A DNA stretch of 32,000 nt from Halomicrobium mukohataei DSM 12286 (GCF_000023965.1 NC_013202.1:2910001-2942000); one strand, 5' to 3'; positions 8,334-17,973 are shown, numbered from the stretch's first letter. Program-made: numbers and translations. Notes: a model not told the origin generated them from the letters alone.

Positions 8334-8590
8334 TACGTACCAACTGTTGGCCAGACCCTATTTGAACGGGTGCGTCAAACTCTCTCAAACACCACGCTCG
8401 CACCGTTCACACCGGTTTCGACTTCCGAGATTCGATAGATTTAAATGAGTTTCGAAGGCACTGTGTTGGTACCAATCGAGCGTCCGGGATCGTCGATGAC
8501 GGACCGGAATCGTCGCCGTTCGTCGCCTGGCATGGGACGACACCAGTCGTTCTCGGCACCGATACCCCGGATAGCGCCCGCATTCGTACA

Positions 8591-9574
8591 ATGAGCGATT
8601 CGAACACCAGAACGCGAGCGAGAACGCGCACGACGACCGACGAGGAACAGACAGAAGAAGAGAGCGAGACGACATCGACCGCGTGCCCGGAGTGTTCGGG
8701 CACGCTGGTCGTCGACGACGAGCACGGCGAGACGGTCTGTGAGGACTGCGGGCTCGTCGTCGAGACCGACGAGATCGACCGCGGACCGGAGTGGCGAGCG
8801 TTCGACTCCAGCGAGAAAGACGAGAAGTCCCGCGTCGGCGCACCGACGACCAACATGATGCACGACAAGGGGCTGTCGACCAACATCGACTGGCGCGACA
8901 AGGACGCCTACGGCAACTCCCTGTCGGGCAAGCAACGCCAGAAGATGCAGCGCCTGCGCAAGTGGAACGAGCGGTTCCGCACCCGTGACTCCAAGGAGCG
9001 CAACCTCAAGCAGGCACTGGGCGAGATCGACCGGATGGCCTCCGCCGTCGGCCTCCCGGAGAACGTCCGCGAGACCGCGAGCGTCATCTACCGCCGTGCG
9101 CTGGACGAGAACCTCCTGCCCGGTCGCTCCATCGAGGGCGTCTCGACGGCCTCCGTCTACGCCGCCGCTCGTCAGGCCGGCGTCCCCCGGAGCTTGGACG
9201 AGATCGACGAGGTCTCCCGCGTCGAGAAGAGCGAGATCGCACGCACGTACCGCTACGTCGTCCGCGAACTCGGCCTCGAAGTCGCGCCGGCCGACCCCGA
9301 GAGCTACGTCCCCCGCTTTGCCTCCTCGCTGGAACTGTCGGACGAGGCCGAGCATCGCGCCCGCCAGCTGCTCCAGAACGCCAAAGAGCAGGGCGTCCAC
9401 TCCGGCAAGTCCCCGGTCGGACTGGCCGCAGCGGCCGTGTACGCCGCCGCACTGCTGACCAACGAGAAGACGACCCAGGCCGCCGTCAGCGAGGTCGCCG
9501 ACATCTCCGAGGTGACGATCCGCAACCGCTACCACGAGCTGCTGGAGGCCGAGCAGGGCCTCCCGATGGCCTGA
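8591..9574 (+). CDS. tfb: transcription initiation factor IIB (TFB)
   Basis: N-terminal Zn ribbon CPECSG...CEDCG followed by two cyclin-like repeats (ALGEIDRMA..., RSIEGVSTASVYAAAR, KSPVGLAAAAVYAAALL, TIRNRYHEL). 327 aa. Confidence 0.95.
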   Translation: MSDSNTRTRARTRTTTDEEQTEEESETTSTACPECSGTLVVDDEHGETVCEDCGLVVETDEIDRGPEWRAFDSSEKDEKSRVGAPTTNMMHDKGLSTNIDWRDKDAYGNSLSGKQRQKMQRLRKWNERFRTRDSKERNLKQALGEIDRMASAVGLPENVRETASVIYRRALDENLLPGRSIEGVSTASVYAAARQAGVPRSLDEIDEVSRVEKSEIARTYRYVVRELGLEVAPADPESYVPRFASSLELSDEAEHRARQLLQNAKEQGVHSGKSPVGLAAAAVYAAALLTNEKTTQAAVSEVADISEVTIRNRYHELLEAEQGLPMA

Positions 9575-9661
9575 CCGGTCCCTCGTTTCCGTCCCCGGAG
9601 CGCGGGCCACCGATCCGTCGCCGGCGCTGGCGTAATCAACCCTGATAACTGAGAGGTCACG

Positions 9662-9668
9662 TTTAATT
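9662..9668 (+). promoter_or_regulatory. TATA box (TTTAATT) for the transducer gene
   Basis: A/T heptamer 24-30 nt upstream of ATG 9692. Confidence 0.45.
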
Positions 9669-9691
9669 CGGTCCCAGCCGCTGGTACCGCT

Positions 9692-10585
9692 ATGGATCAG
9701 GAACCAACGACCGATGGAGGCGTCGAGGCCTCGTCTGGTGGGTCTCTCGCTGGTGGCGAACTCGGGAGCGCGATCGACGAGTTGCTCCGGGCCTCCGAGG
9801 GCGTCTCGGAGAGTTCACAGCAGATCAGCGACCTCGCCAACGAGCAGTCCGAGAACATGCGAGAGGTCGCCAGCGAGGTGTCGAATCTCTCGGCGACCGT
9901 CGAGGAGGTCGCCTCCAGTGCCAGCCAGGTCAAACAGGTCAGCGACGACGCCCGCGATCTCGCCGCCGACGGCCGCGAGGCAGCCGACGACGCGATCGGA
10001 GCGATGGAGGCCGTCGACGAGGCAAACACCGACGTGTCGGCCGACGTCAAGCAACTGCGCGACCGCATCGACGAGATCGACGAGATCGTCGAGGTGATCA
10101 ACGACATCGCAGACCAGACGAACATGCTGGCCCTGAACGCCTCCATCGAGGCCGCGCGAGCGGGCGAGGCCGGCGAGGGATTCGCCGTCGTCGCCAACGA
10201 GGTCAAGAGCCTCGCCGAGGAGTCCCAGCAGAACGCGGCCGAGATCGAAGAGCTGGTCTCGAACATCAAGTCCGACACCGAAGAGACCGTCCAGAGCATC
10301 GACCACGCCAACGAGCAGGTCGAGGAGGGACTCACGCAGGTCGAGACGGCCGTCGACATCCTCCGGAAGATCGACGAGGCCGTCGAGGAGGCCGCGATGG
10401 GTGCCGAAGAGGTCGCCTCCGCGACGGACGAACAGGCCGCATCGACCGAGGAGGTCGCGAGCATGGTCGACACGACCGCCGAGAGCGCCGAGGAGGTCGC
10501 CACGGAGATCGAGCAGATCGCCGCGGCCAACGAGCAACAGGCCGCGAAGGTCAACGAGCTGCAGGACATGATCGAGCGCCGGTAG
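9692..10585 (+). CDS. soluble methyl-accepting chemotaxis (Htr-type) protein consisting only of the signalling domain
   Basis: Highly conserved MCP hairpin tip [40 protein letters not shown]. The whole 297 aa is an acidic coiled coil. No TM, HAMP or sensor domain is visible. Confidence 0.85.
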   Translation: MDQEPTTDGGVEASSGGSLAGGELGSAIDELLRASEGVSESSQQISDLANEQSENMREVASEVSNLSATVEEVASSASQVKQVSDDARDLAADGREAADDAIGAMEAVDEANTDVSADVKQLRDRIDEIDEIVEVINDIADQTNMLALNASIEAARAGEAGEGFAVVANEVKSLAEESQQNAAEIEELVSNIKSDTEETVQSIDHANEQVEEGLTQVETAVDILRKIDEAVEEAAMGAEEVASATDEQAASTEEVASMVDTTAESAEEVATEIEQIAAANEQQAAKVNELQDMIERR

Positions 10586-10631
10586 GGCGCGAACCAGAAG
10601 ACACGAGGGGATTCGTTTCGACTGCCGTTCT

Positions 10632-11690
10632 ATGGAGACGACTCACCGTGTAGTGACGGGTGACGCCCGCGAGTTGGCGCTGCCCGACGACAGCGTCGAC
10701 CTGGTCGTGACCTCGCCACCGTACCCGATGATCGAGATGTGGGACGACATCTTCGCAGCACTCGACCCCGCCGTCGAGGACGCGCTGGCGGACGAAGACG
10801 GCGAGCGCGCCTTCCAGTTGATGCACGACGTGCTCGATACCGTCTGGGCCGAAGTGGTCAGGGTGCTCCGGCCGGGCGGGATCGCCTGCATCAACGTCGG
10901 CGACGCCACCCGCTCGATCGGCGACGGCTTTCGGTCGTTCTCGAACCACGCGGAGATCACGACCCGCCTGACCGACCGAGGTCTCCGGGCGCTGCCCGAC
11001 ATCCTCTGGCGCAAGCCCTCGAACCGCGCGACGAAGTTCATGGGTTCGGGGATGCTCCCGCCCAACGCCTACCCGACGCTGGAACACGAACACGTCCTCG
11101 TCTTTCGCAACGGGCAACGGCGCACCTTCCCGCCCGGCGACGACGACCGCTACGAGAGCGCGTACTTCTGGGAGGAGCGAAACGTCTGGTTCTCGGACCT
11201 GTGGGAGCTGACGGGCGAGCGCCAGGCCGTCGAGGACGGTCTGCGCGAGCGGTCCGGTGCCTTCCCGCTGGAGCTACCCTACCGACTCGTCTCGATGTTC
11301 TCGACGTACGGCGACACCGTCCTCGATCCCTTCCTCGGTACCGGGACGACGACGATGGCCGCGCTCGTCGCCGGCCGCGACTCCGTGGGGTACGATCGGG
11401 ACGACGACCTCCTCGCTGCGCTCGACGACCGCGTCGAGGACGCCCCCGAGCGCTCACGGGAGATCGCCGAGCGGCGACTCGCCGACCACCGCGAGTGGGT
11501 CCAGCAGCGACGAGCCGAAGGGAACGAGCCGGGCTACGAAGCCGAGCACTACGACACCGCCGTCAACACCAAACAGGAACGCCGGATTCGCTTCTACGGC
11601 GTCGACGGCGTCGAACGGACAGACGAGGGGTATCGCGCGACCCACTCGCCGATCGAAGGGTGCCCCGACGGCGAGAGCGAACAGGCTTAG
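10632..11690 (+). CDS. zim: site-specific DNA methyltransferase, beta class (N4-cytosine/N6-adenine); Zim (CTAG m4C methylase)-like, orphan
   Basis: Catalytic motif IV VVTSPPYP lies N-terminal to SAM motif I DPFLGTGTT, which is the beta-class order. SPPY favours m4C. No nuclease gene is adjacent. CTAG is strongly depleted in the window. The symbol rests on my recollection of the haloarchaeal zim gene and its neighbourhood, so it is tentative. Confidence 0.8.
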   Translation: METTHRVVTGDARELALPDDSVDLVVTSPPYPMIEMWDDIFAALDPAVEDALADEDGERAFQLMHDVLDTVWAEVVRVLRPGGIACINVGDATRSIGDGFRSFSNHAEITTRLTDRGLRALPDILWRKPSNRATKFMGSGMLPPNAYPTLEHEHVLVFRNGQRRTFPPGDDDRYESAYFWEERNVWFSDLWELTGERQAVEDGLRERSGAFPLELPYRLVSMFSTYGDTVLDPFLGTGTTTMAALVAGRDSVGYDRDDDLLAALDDRVEDAPERSREIAERRLADHREWVQQRRAEGNEPGYEAEHYDTAVNTKQERRIRFYGVDGVERTDEGYRATHSPIEGCPDGESEQA

Positions 11691-11713
11691 TGCCCGTCGG
11701 AGCAAGCGACGGC

Positions 11714-12394
11714 ATGGACTTCGATTCGTTTACGCTGCTGGCAGCGGGCGCGGACCTCTCGGACGAGCCGGCCGCTCGCGAGGACGCCGACGGGATCGAG
11801 TTGCGGATGGACTTCGCGGACGACGCTCTGTCGATGCTCGACGACTACGAGGGTGACCTGCCCGTCCTGGTGACCAACCGCGTCGAGTGGGAGGGCGGCG
11901 AGGCCCCGGACGACGCCGCCCGACTCGATGCCCTCGAAACGGCCGTCGAGCACGACGCCGTCACGGCCGTCGACGTGGAGCTTGCTGCCCTCGAAGGCGA
12001 GGGAGCCTGCGACGCCGCTCGCGTCGTCTCGCACGCTCGCGACCACGGTGCAAGCGTCGTCGTCTCGACCCACGACTTCGAGGCGACGCCCGACGAAGCC
12101 GCCCTCGTCGACCGACTGGAGCGGGCCTGCGAGTACGGCGACGTGGGCAAGATCGCGACGACGGCACGGGACCGCGGTGACGTACTGGCGCTGCTCGAAG
12201 CGACCCACCGGCTGACCGAGACCGGTGAGACCGTTGCGACGATGGCGATGGGCGAGGCCGGCCGTCACTCGCGTCCCGTCGCGCCGCTGTACGGCTCTCG
12301 GATCGGCTACGCGCCCGTCGATCCCGCCGACGCCACGGCACCCGGACAGTACGATCTGGCGACGCTACGACGGCTGGTCGACCAGCTGTCCTGA
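11714..12394 (+). CDS. aroD: 3-dehydroquinate dehydratase, type I
   Basis: Internal ATG of track ORF 10739..12394. Motifs DGIELRMDF, VVVSTHDFEATP, GKIATTA (Schiff-base Lys region) and MAMGEAGRHSR. 226 aa. Begins 23 nt after the methylase stop. Confidence 0.9.
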   Translation: MDFDSFTLLAAGADLSDEPAAREDADGIELRMDFADDALSMLDDYEGDLPVLVTNRVEWEGGEAPDDAARLDALETAVEHDAVTAVDVELAALEGEGACDAARVVSHARDHGASVVVSTHDFEATPDEAALVDRLERACEYGDVGKIATTARDRGDVLALLEATHRLTETGETVATMAMGEAGRHSRPVAPLYGSRIGYAPVDPADATAPGQYDLATLRRLVDQLS

Positions 12395-12441
12395 CCTCGG
12401 AGAGCGACCGGCAACCACGTGAAGACAAGTCGGTGCGCAAG

Positions 12442-12447
12442 ATTAAC
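12442..12447 (+). promoter_or_regulatory. TATA-like element (ATTAAC)
   Basis: 29-34 nt upstream of ATG 12476. Supports the internal ATG rather than the GTG at 12419. Confidence 0.35.
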
Positions 12448-12475
12448 AACGATTGGCCCGGGAGTGGGGGGTATC

Positions 12476-12877
12476 ATGGTCGATGCAGACCAGAAACGGC
12501 CCCTGCTCGCCGCCGCCCTGGCGTTTCTCTCGCCCGGTCTCGGTCACCTCTACCTCCGTGAGTGGATCCGTGCGCTGCTGTGGTTCACCCTCGCGATGCT
12601 CGGCGTCAGTATCCTCGCGCCGGAGGCCACGCTTCCGGCGGCGACGACGCCGGAGGCGATCTGGACGGCGTCGGTCGAGATGACCCGCGCCCTCTCCTGG
12701 CAGGCCCGCGGCGCGTTGCTGGCCGTCTCGCTGTTGAGCGTGCTCGACGCCTACCGGATCGCGACCGAGATCAACGCCGCGGCCGCCATCGAGGAGGGCC
12801 AACAGTGCCCCTACTGCGGGCGGGAACGCGACGAGGACCTCGACTTCTGTCACTGGTGTACGGCCGAACTGGAGTGA
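12476..12877 (+). CDS. membrane protein with a C-terminal zinc ribbon (133 aa)
   Basis: TM segments LLAAALAFLSPGLGHLYL, LLWFTLAMLGVSILA and ALLAVSLLSVL. C-terminal CPYCG...CHWC. Confidence 0.7.
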   Translation: MVDADQKRPLLAAALAFLSPGLGHLYLREWIRALLWFTLAMLGVSILAPEATLPAATTPEAIWTASVEMTRALSWQARGALLAVSLLSVLDAYRIATEINAAAAIEEGQQCPYCGRERDEDLDFCHWCTAELE

Positions 12878-12894
12878 CGAGTGCCCACGGGGCG

Positions 12895-14061
12895 CTACTT
12901 CTCGATGATCGACTCTTCGACGGCCTCGCCGAAGTGACGGGCCTTGTCGTCGGTGTACAACAGGAGTTCGTCGCCGGGCTCGATGTCGGTGATCGCGGTC
13001 CGGCCCTCGGCGGTGTGCATCTTGATCGTCTCGGCGTTCTGGATCAGCGTCTCGATGCGGTCGCCGTCCTCAGTCTCTGCCTGGACGCGGAACATCGGCC
13101 GCTTCTCGATCTTGGCGCGGCCGACGATGGCCTCGCGGGTGTTGCCGTCGGTGTCGACGACCTGGACCTCGTCGCCGCTCTGGAGTTCCGAGAGGTACTT
13201 GGTCCCGCCGTCGGGCGTGCGGACGTAGGCGTGGACCGCACCGGCGTTGACCCGGAAGGGACGCGAGGCCACGTAGGGCGACTCGGCGGTCTCGGCGTGG
13301 ACGAAAAAGAGCCCGCGAGCCATCGAGCCGATCAGCATTCCCTCGTCCTCGGCCATCAGCGAGCCCGTATCGATGCAGACGCGGTCCGCCGACCCGGTCT
13401 GTTCGATGTCGGTGACCTCGGCCCAGGACAGCGAGAGCTGTTCGCGGCCGGCCTCGTCGCGGACTTCGACGGTGCGGCGGATCTCGTCGGGATCGTCCGT
13501 GTCGAGCAGGACGCCGTCGGCACCCAGTTCGAGCGTCTCGTAGGCGGTCTTTGCGTCCTCGGCAGTCTGGACGCCGGTGATCAGCTCCGTCTCGTCGCCG
13601 ACGCGGGCGATGAGGTTCTCCAGGGGAATGATCTGCCAGTCGTCGCCGATGACGATGGTGAAGGCCGCCTCCTCGGCGACGGCCTCGGCGAAGCCCTCGT
13701 ACTCCTTGGACCGGATGCGGACGTAGCCACCCTGTGGGGCCTCGCCGTCCTGGCGGAGCGCAGAGAGGTCGGCAGAGCCAGAGAAGTCAGAGGGCAGGTC
13801 AACGGTGCCGTCGCCCTCGCCGTCCTTGCCCACGACGTGGGCGTCGGGTTCGGCTTCCTCGCCCTCGGCGTCCATGACGGTGACGTCGCCACCGGCGAAG
13901 GCGGCGACGTTGACTTCACCGAGGTCCCGGACGCGGGCCACGTCGTGTTCGTCGACGAGCACCCAGTCGACGCCGGCTTCGAGGCCGGCGGTGATTCGGC
14001 GCTTTCGGGTCTCCCAGTCGCCGACCTCGCTGTCGGCCTTGAGCCACACGCTTCGTGTCAT
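12895..14061 (-). CDS. aroB': 3-dehydroquinate synthase II (archaeal type)
   Basis: 388 aa. The N-terminus VWLKAD...W..RKRRITAGLEAGVDWVLV and the overall length match my memory of archaeal DHQ synthase II. Sits next to ADH synthase. Confidence 0.85.
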   Translation of the reverse strand: MTRSVWLKADSEVGDWETRKRRITAGLEAGVDWVLVDEHDVARVRDLGEVNVAAFAGGDVTVMDAEGEEAEPDAHVVGKDGEGDGTVDLPSDFSGSADLSALRQDGEAPQGGYVRIRSKEYEGFAEAVAEEAAFTIVIGDDWQIIPLENLIARVGDETELITGVQTAEDAKTAYETLELGADGVLLDTDDPDEIRRTVEVRDEAGREQLSLSWAEVTDIEQTGSADRVCIDTGSLMAEDEGMLIGSMARGLFFVHAETAESPYVASRPFRVNAGAVHAYVRTPDGGTKYLSELQSGDEVQVVDTDGNTREAIVGRAKIEKRPMFRVQAETEDGDRIETLIQNAETIKMHTAEGRTAITDIEPGDELLLYTDDKARHFGEAVEESIIEK

Positions 14062-14192
14062 TGTCCCACCTCTCGAATCGGTCCCGCTTGAACGTGGCGA
14101 ATGCGGGCAATCGGCCCGGATAGAAGGATCACCGTCGCGCGTGACTGTCTCGTCGGTCAGACGTCGCCAGCGGTGGCCGCGTTCGGCGTTCG

Positions 14193-14999
14193 CTACGCCT
14201 CGACGGCGAGACCGGCCGCACGGAGCGCGTCGGCCGCCTCGCTGTCCTCGTGGACGACGCTGGCGACGGCGCGAGCGATCTTCTCGGGTTCCTCGTGCTG
14301 GAAGATCGAGCGCCCCATCGAGACGCCGGCCGCCCCGGCGTCCATCGCCCCGCGGACGATGTCGAGCGTCTCCTCGTCGGTGCCCTTCGAGCCGCCCGCG
14401 ATCAGGACGGGCAGTGCGGTCGACTCGACGACGCGTTCGAACGTCTCTGGCGTGCCGCTGTAGGCGGTCTTGACGAGATCGGCGTCGAGTTCCTCGGCCA
14501 GCCGGACCGCGTGGCCGAGGTCCTCGGCGAACAGCTCGGGGTCCTCGTCGCGAACGTCGTGGCCGCGAGCGTAGGCCATCGCCAGCACCGGCAGCCCGTA
14601 CTCGCGGGCCGCGCTGGTGACCTCGGAGAGCTGTGAGATCTGCTCCGGTTCGTGCTCGCTGCCGACGTTGATGTGAAAGGAGACGGCGTCGGCCCCGGCC
14701 CGGATGGCGTCCTCGACGGTGCCGGTCGGTCGTTTGTCGCTCTCGTCTGGCCCGATCGAAGTCGAGCCGTTGAGGTGGACGACGTAGCCCGCGTCGTTCG
14801 TGTTCTCGTGGACGCGGTCGGCGATCCCGCGCTGGGTGAGGACGGCGTCCGCGCCGCCCGTCGTGACCGCGTCGATCGTCGATTCGATGTCGACGAGGCC
14901 GTCGACGGCCCCGAGTGTGATACCGTGGTCCATGGGGACGATGACATGTCGCCCCCCTGTCCCGATCCGTGCCAGTCGTGCTGCTTTCCCTGCGCTCAT
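14193..14999 (-). CDS. aroA': 2-amino-3,7-dideoxy-D-threo-hept-6-ulosonate (ADH) synthase, DhnA-type class I aldolase family
   Basis: VIVPMDHGITLG and DLVKTAYSG (Schiff-base Lys region). 268 aa. Positioned between trpA and DHQ synthase II. Confidence 0.85.
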   Translation of the reverse strand: MSAGKAARLARIGTGGRHVIVPMDHGITLGAVDGLVDIESTIDAVTTGGADAVLTQRGIADRVHENTNDAGYVVHLNGSTSIGPDESDKRPTGTVEDAIRAGADAVSFHINVGSEHEPEQISQLSEVTSAAREYGLPVLAMAYARGHDVRDEDPELFAEDLGHAVRLAEELDADLVKTAYSGTPETFERVVESTALPVLIAGGSKGTDEETLDIVRGAMDAGAAGVSMGRSIFQHEEPEKIARAVASVVHEDSEAADALRAAGLAVEA

Positions 15000-15025
15000 G
15001 TTGTGCGAACGTGTGGCAAGTACGA

Positions 15026-15856
15026 TTATGTTCCTTCCGGTTGCGGCCGATTCTGTGCGCCCCGCAGCGCCCCCTCCTTCAGTTCGCGGGCCTTCTGTTC
15101 GAGGCGGGCCGCGACCTCGTCGGCGGGGTCGCCATTCTCGTGGCCCTCAGCGACGATGTCGACGAGCGCGGAGCCGACGATGATGCCGTCGGCACCGGCA
15201 GAGACGATCCGCTCGGCGTGGTCGCCGTTCTTGATGCCGAAGCCGACGGCCTTTGGCACGTCCCACTCCGCAATCCGGGCGAGGCTCTCCTCGGTCGCGT
15301 CGTCCACGTCGTCTTTCGCGCCGGTGACGCCCAGCCGCGCCTGCACGTAGACGTAGCCCGAGGTCTGATCCATCATCGACGCGAGCCGGTCGCCCTTCGT
15401 GGTCGGCGCGACGATGAAGATCAGATCGAGGCCGTACTCGTCACAGGCCGCCCGGAGCGGCCCGGCCTCTTCGGCGGGCAGGTCCGGCACGACGAACCCC
15501 TCGATACCGACCTCGGCGGCCTTCTCGACGAAGGGTTCTGGCCCTTGTCCGGAGCCATACTGGTAGATGAGGTTGTAGTAGGTCATACAGACCAGCGGCA
15601 CGTCCACGTCCAACTCTTCGACGAACTCGAAGAACCGATCCGGACTCATTCCGGCGTCCAGCGAGCGGACGACGGCCTCCTGGATCGTCGACCCCTCGGC
15701 GATGGGTTCGGAGAACGGAAGCCCGAGTTCGATCACGTCCGCACCCCCGCGAGCGAGCGCTTCGACGTACTCGATCGAGGCGTCGTAGTCCGGATCGCCC
15801 GCGGCGAGATACGGGACGAAGGCGGGTTCGTCGGCGAAGGCCCGTTCCAGTCCCAT
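15026..15856 (-). CDS. trpA: tryptophan synthase alpha chain
   Basis: [18 protein letters not shown] and GFGI...A.......[11 protein letters not shown] motifs. The start abuts the trpB stop (TAG then ATG). Confidence 0.95.
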   Translation of the reverse strand: MGLERAFADEPAFVPYLAAGDPDYDASIEYVEALARGGADVIELGLPFSEPIAEGSTIQEAVVRSLDAGMSPDRFFEFVEELDVDVPLVCMTYYNLIYQYGSGQGPEPFVEKAAEVGIEGFVVPDLPAEEAGPLRAACDEYGLDLIFIVAPTTKGDRLASMMDQTSGYVYVQARLGVTGAKDDVDDATEESLARIAEWDVPKAVGFGIKNGDHAERIVSAGADGIIVGSALVDIVAEGHENGDPADEVAARLEQKARELKEGALRGAQNRPQPEGT

Positions 15857-17152
15857 CTAGATCCCGCCCCCGATCTCGTTGAAGATCGACATGTCCGGCG
15901 CGATGTCCAGATCGCGCTTCTGGGTCTCTTCGATGACGGTTTCGAGGTCCTTGTCCCCCCGGCCAGAGACGTTGACGATCACGGTGTCGCCCAGTTCGTC
16001 GTGGTGCTCATCTCGCGGCTCCGCCGCTCGATCGTCCGTGGCGGGTCCCGCCACGCGCTCCAGATAGCCGAACGCGTGGGCCGTCTCCAGCGCCGGGATG
16101 ATCCCCTCGTCCTGGGAGAGCCGGTGGAACGCTTCAAGTGCGGTGTCGTCGTCGACGTTGACCGGCGTCACGCGCCCCTCGTCGACGAGGTGGGCCAGTT
16201 CCGGACCGACGCCCGCGTAGTCGAGCCCCGCGGAGACGGAGTGTGACTCCATGATCTGGCCGTCAGAGTCCTGAAGGAGCTTCGTGCGCGCTCCGTGGAG
16301 TACCCCCTCGTCGCCGGTCGACAGCGACGCCGAGTTGGGCGCGACGCCTTCCTCCTCGTCGACCGACAGCGAGGAGCCGCCGGCCTCGACGGCGTAGAGG
16401 TCCACGTCGTCGTCCGGAACGAAGTGATGGAACGCGCCCATCGTGTTCGAGCCGCCACCCGCACAGGCCAGGACGGCGTCCGGGAGGCCGCCGGTCTGCT
16501 CCTGGATCTGCTCGCGGGCCTCCTCGCTGATGACCGACTGGAAGTCCCGGACCATCGCCGGGAACGGAGCCGGGCCGACGATCGACCCGATGACGTAGTG
16601 GGTCGTCTCGACGGTGGTCGCCCAGTCCCGCATCGTCTCGCTGATCGCCTCTTTGAGCGTCCCGCGGCCGGTCGTCACCGGATTCACCTCGGCGTCGTTG
16701 ATCCGCATCCGGAAGACGTTGGGCCGCTGGCGGGCGATGTCGGTCTCGCCCATGTAGATCTCGCAGGGCATGTCGAGGTGGGCCGCGGCCATCGCCGTCG
16801 CCGTGCCGTGTTGCCCGGCACCGGTCTCCGCGATGATACGCTCCTTGCCCATGTACTTCGCCAGGAGGACCTGCCCGAGCGCGTTGTTGAGCTTGTGAGC
16901 CCCGCCGTGGAGCAGGTCCTCTCGCTTGAGGTACACCTCGGTGTCGTAGCGCGCCGAGAGCTGGTCGGCCCGCTGTAAGGGCAGGGGTCGGCCGCCGAAG
17001 TCCGCCAGCCGCCGACGGAACTCGTCCATGAAGCCGTCCTCGTTGTCGATCACGTACCGCTCGTAGGCGTCGGTCAGCTCCTCGATGGCCGGCATCAACG
17101 CCTCGGGTACGAACTGTCCGCCGTAGTCGCCGAATTTGGATTCGCTACTCAT
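15857..17152 (-). CDS. trpB: tryptophan synthase beta chain
   Basis: PLP-lysine motif [13 protein letters not shown], plus [13 protein letters not shown] and GGGSN. Confidence 0.95.
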   Translation of the reverse strand: MSSESKFGDYGGQFVPEALMPAIEELTDAYERYVIDNEDGFMDEFRRRLADFGGRPLPLQRADQLSARYDTEVYLKREDLLHGGAHKLNNALGQVLLAKYMGKERIIAETGAGQHGTATAMAAAHLDMPCEIYMGETDIARQRPNVFRMRINDAEVNPVTTGRGTLKEAISETMRDWATTVETTHYVIGSIVGPAPFPAMVRDFQSVISEEAREQIQEQTGGLPDAVLACAGGGSNTMGAFHHFVPDDDVDLYAVEAGGSSLSVDEEEGVAPNSASLSTGDEGVLHGARTKLLQDSDGQIMESHSVSAGLDYAGVGPELAHLVDEGRVTPVNVDDDTALEAFHRLSQDEGIIPALETAHAFGYLERVAGPATDDRAAEPRDEHHDELGDTVIVNVSGRGDKDLETVIEETQKRDLDIAPDMSIFNEIGGGI

Positions 17153-17948
17153 GTGTTGTCGTCGCTGTCGTCAGTCGTCGCGTGTTCGCTGTCACGTCCG
17201 TCTCCTCGGCCGGTGCGCCGTGGTCCATGATCGCAGAGCCGACGAGCAGGGCGTCGGCCCCGGCTCGGCGCATCCGGGCCACGTCGGCCGGGCTCTGGAT
17301 TCCGCTCTCGGCGACGAGGGTCACGCCCTCGGGGGCGTCCGGTGCGACCCGCTCGAAGGTGTCCAGATCCACCGCCAGTTTCGCCAGATCGCGGTTGTTG
17401 ACGCCGACGATCTCCGCGCCGGCCTCGACCGCTCGCGCGAGCTCGTCGGCCGTGTGCGTCTCGACGAGGACCTGGAACCCCCGCTCGCGGGCGGCCGAGA
17501 GCAGGTCCGCCAGATCGCCCGTGCCGGGCTCGTCGAGAAAGCGCACGATCAACAGGATCACGTCCGCCTCGACCACGTCTAACTGCTCCTCGTGGAGGAC
17601 GAAATCCTTGCGAAGGACCGGCACGTCGACGGCCTCGCGGATCCGAGCCAGCGTCGCTGCGGACCCGCCGAAGTGCTCGGGCTCGGTCAGCACGGACAGC
17701 GCCGCCGCCCCGCCCTCGACCATCTGCTCGGCCAGCGCGACCGGATCCTCCGTGCGTTCGCCCACCGCAGTCGGACTCGTCGGCTTTACCTCGGCGATCA
17801 CCGGGACGCGACCGTCCGCCTCGGCGTCCGCGAACGCGTCGGTCAACGACCGGGGCTCGACGTCGACGCGGCCGTCGGCACCGCCACGCTCGCGGGCCGT
17901 CGCCAGGATCGACTCGACCGCCGGTGCGATCTCCTCACTATCGCCCAT
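17145..17948 (-). CDS. trpC: indole-3-glycerol phosphate synthase
   Basis: [24 protein letters not shown] and VGVNNRDL motifs. Overlaps the trpB start by 8 nt. Confidence 0.9.
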   Translation of the reverse strand: MGDSEEIAPAVESILATARERGGADGRVDVEPRSLTDAFADAEADGRVPVIAEVKPTSPTAVGERTEDPVALAEQMVEGGAAALSVLTEPEHFGGSAATLARIREAVDVPVLRKDFVLHEEQLDVVEADVILLIVRFLDEPGTGDLADLLSAARERGFQVLVETHTADELARAVEAGAEIVGVNNRDLAKLAVDLDTFERVAPDAPEGVTLVAESGIQSPADVARMRRAGADALLVGSAIMDHGAPAEETDVTANTRRLTTATTTHE

Positions 17949-17973
17949 TACTGTACACTAACGGACAGAGTTG

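Noticed and set aside
8445-8594. 49-codon upstream ORF ending in an ATGA overlap with the tfb start
   Set aside because: Its ATG lies inside the TTTAAAT element. By eye only about half of its third positions are G/C, compared with nearly all in the real genes. The peptide is Arg/Ser-rich. The overlap with the tfb ATG is probably coincidental.
9697-10569. 290-aa Ser/Ala-rich minus-strand ORF
   Set aside because: It is the mirror image of the Glu/Ala/Asp-rich MCP coiled coil (GAG/GCC/GAC codons read in reverse). The plus strand carries the unmistakable MCP tip motif.
10739-11713. N-terminal 325 codons of track ORF 10739..12394
   Set aside because: This portion overlaps the methyltransferase gene in another frame and is Arg/Pro-rich junk. 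The AroD homology begins at the internal ATG 11714.
12562-14091. 509-aa plus-strand ORF
   Set aside because: It is antisense to the recognisable DHQ synthase II gene. The composition is Gly/Arg/Asp/Leu-rich with no motifs, so it is a GC-driven shadow ORF.
14969-16246. 425-aa plus-strand ORF (plus similar ones at 16295..16978, 17136..17582, 17182..17961 and 17592..18290)
   Set aside because: They are antisense to or out of frame with trpA, trpB and trpC, which carry unambiguous family motifs.
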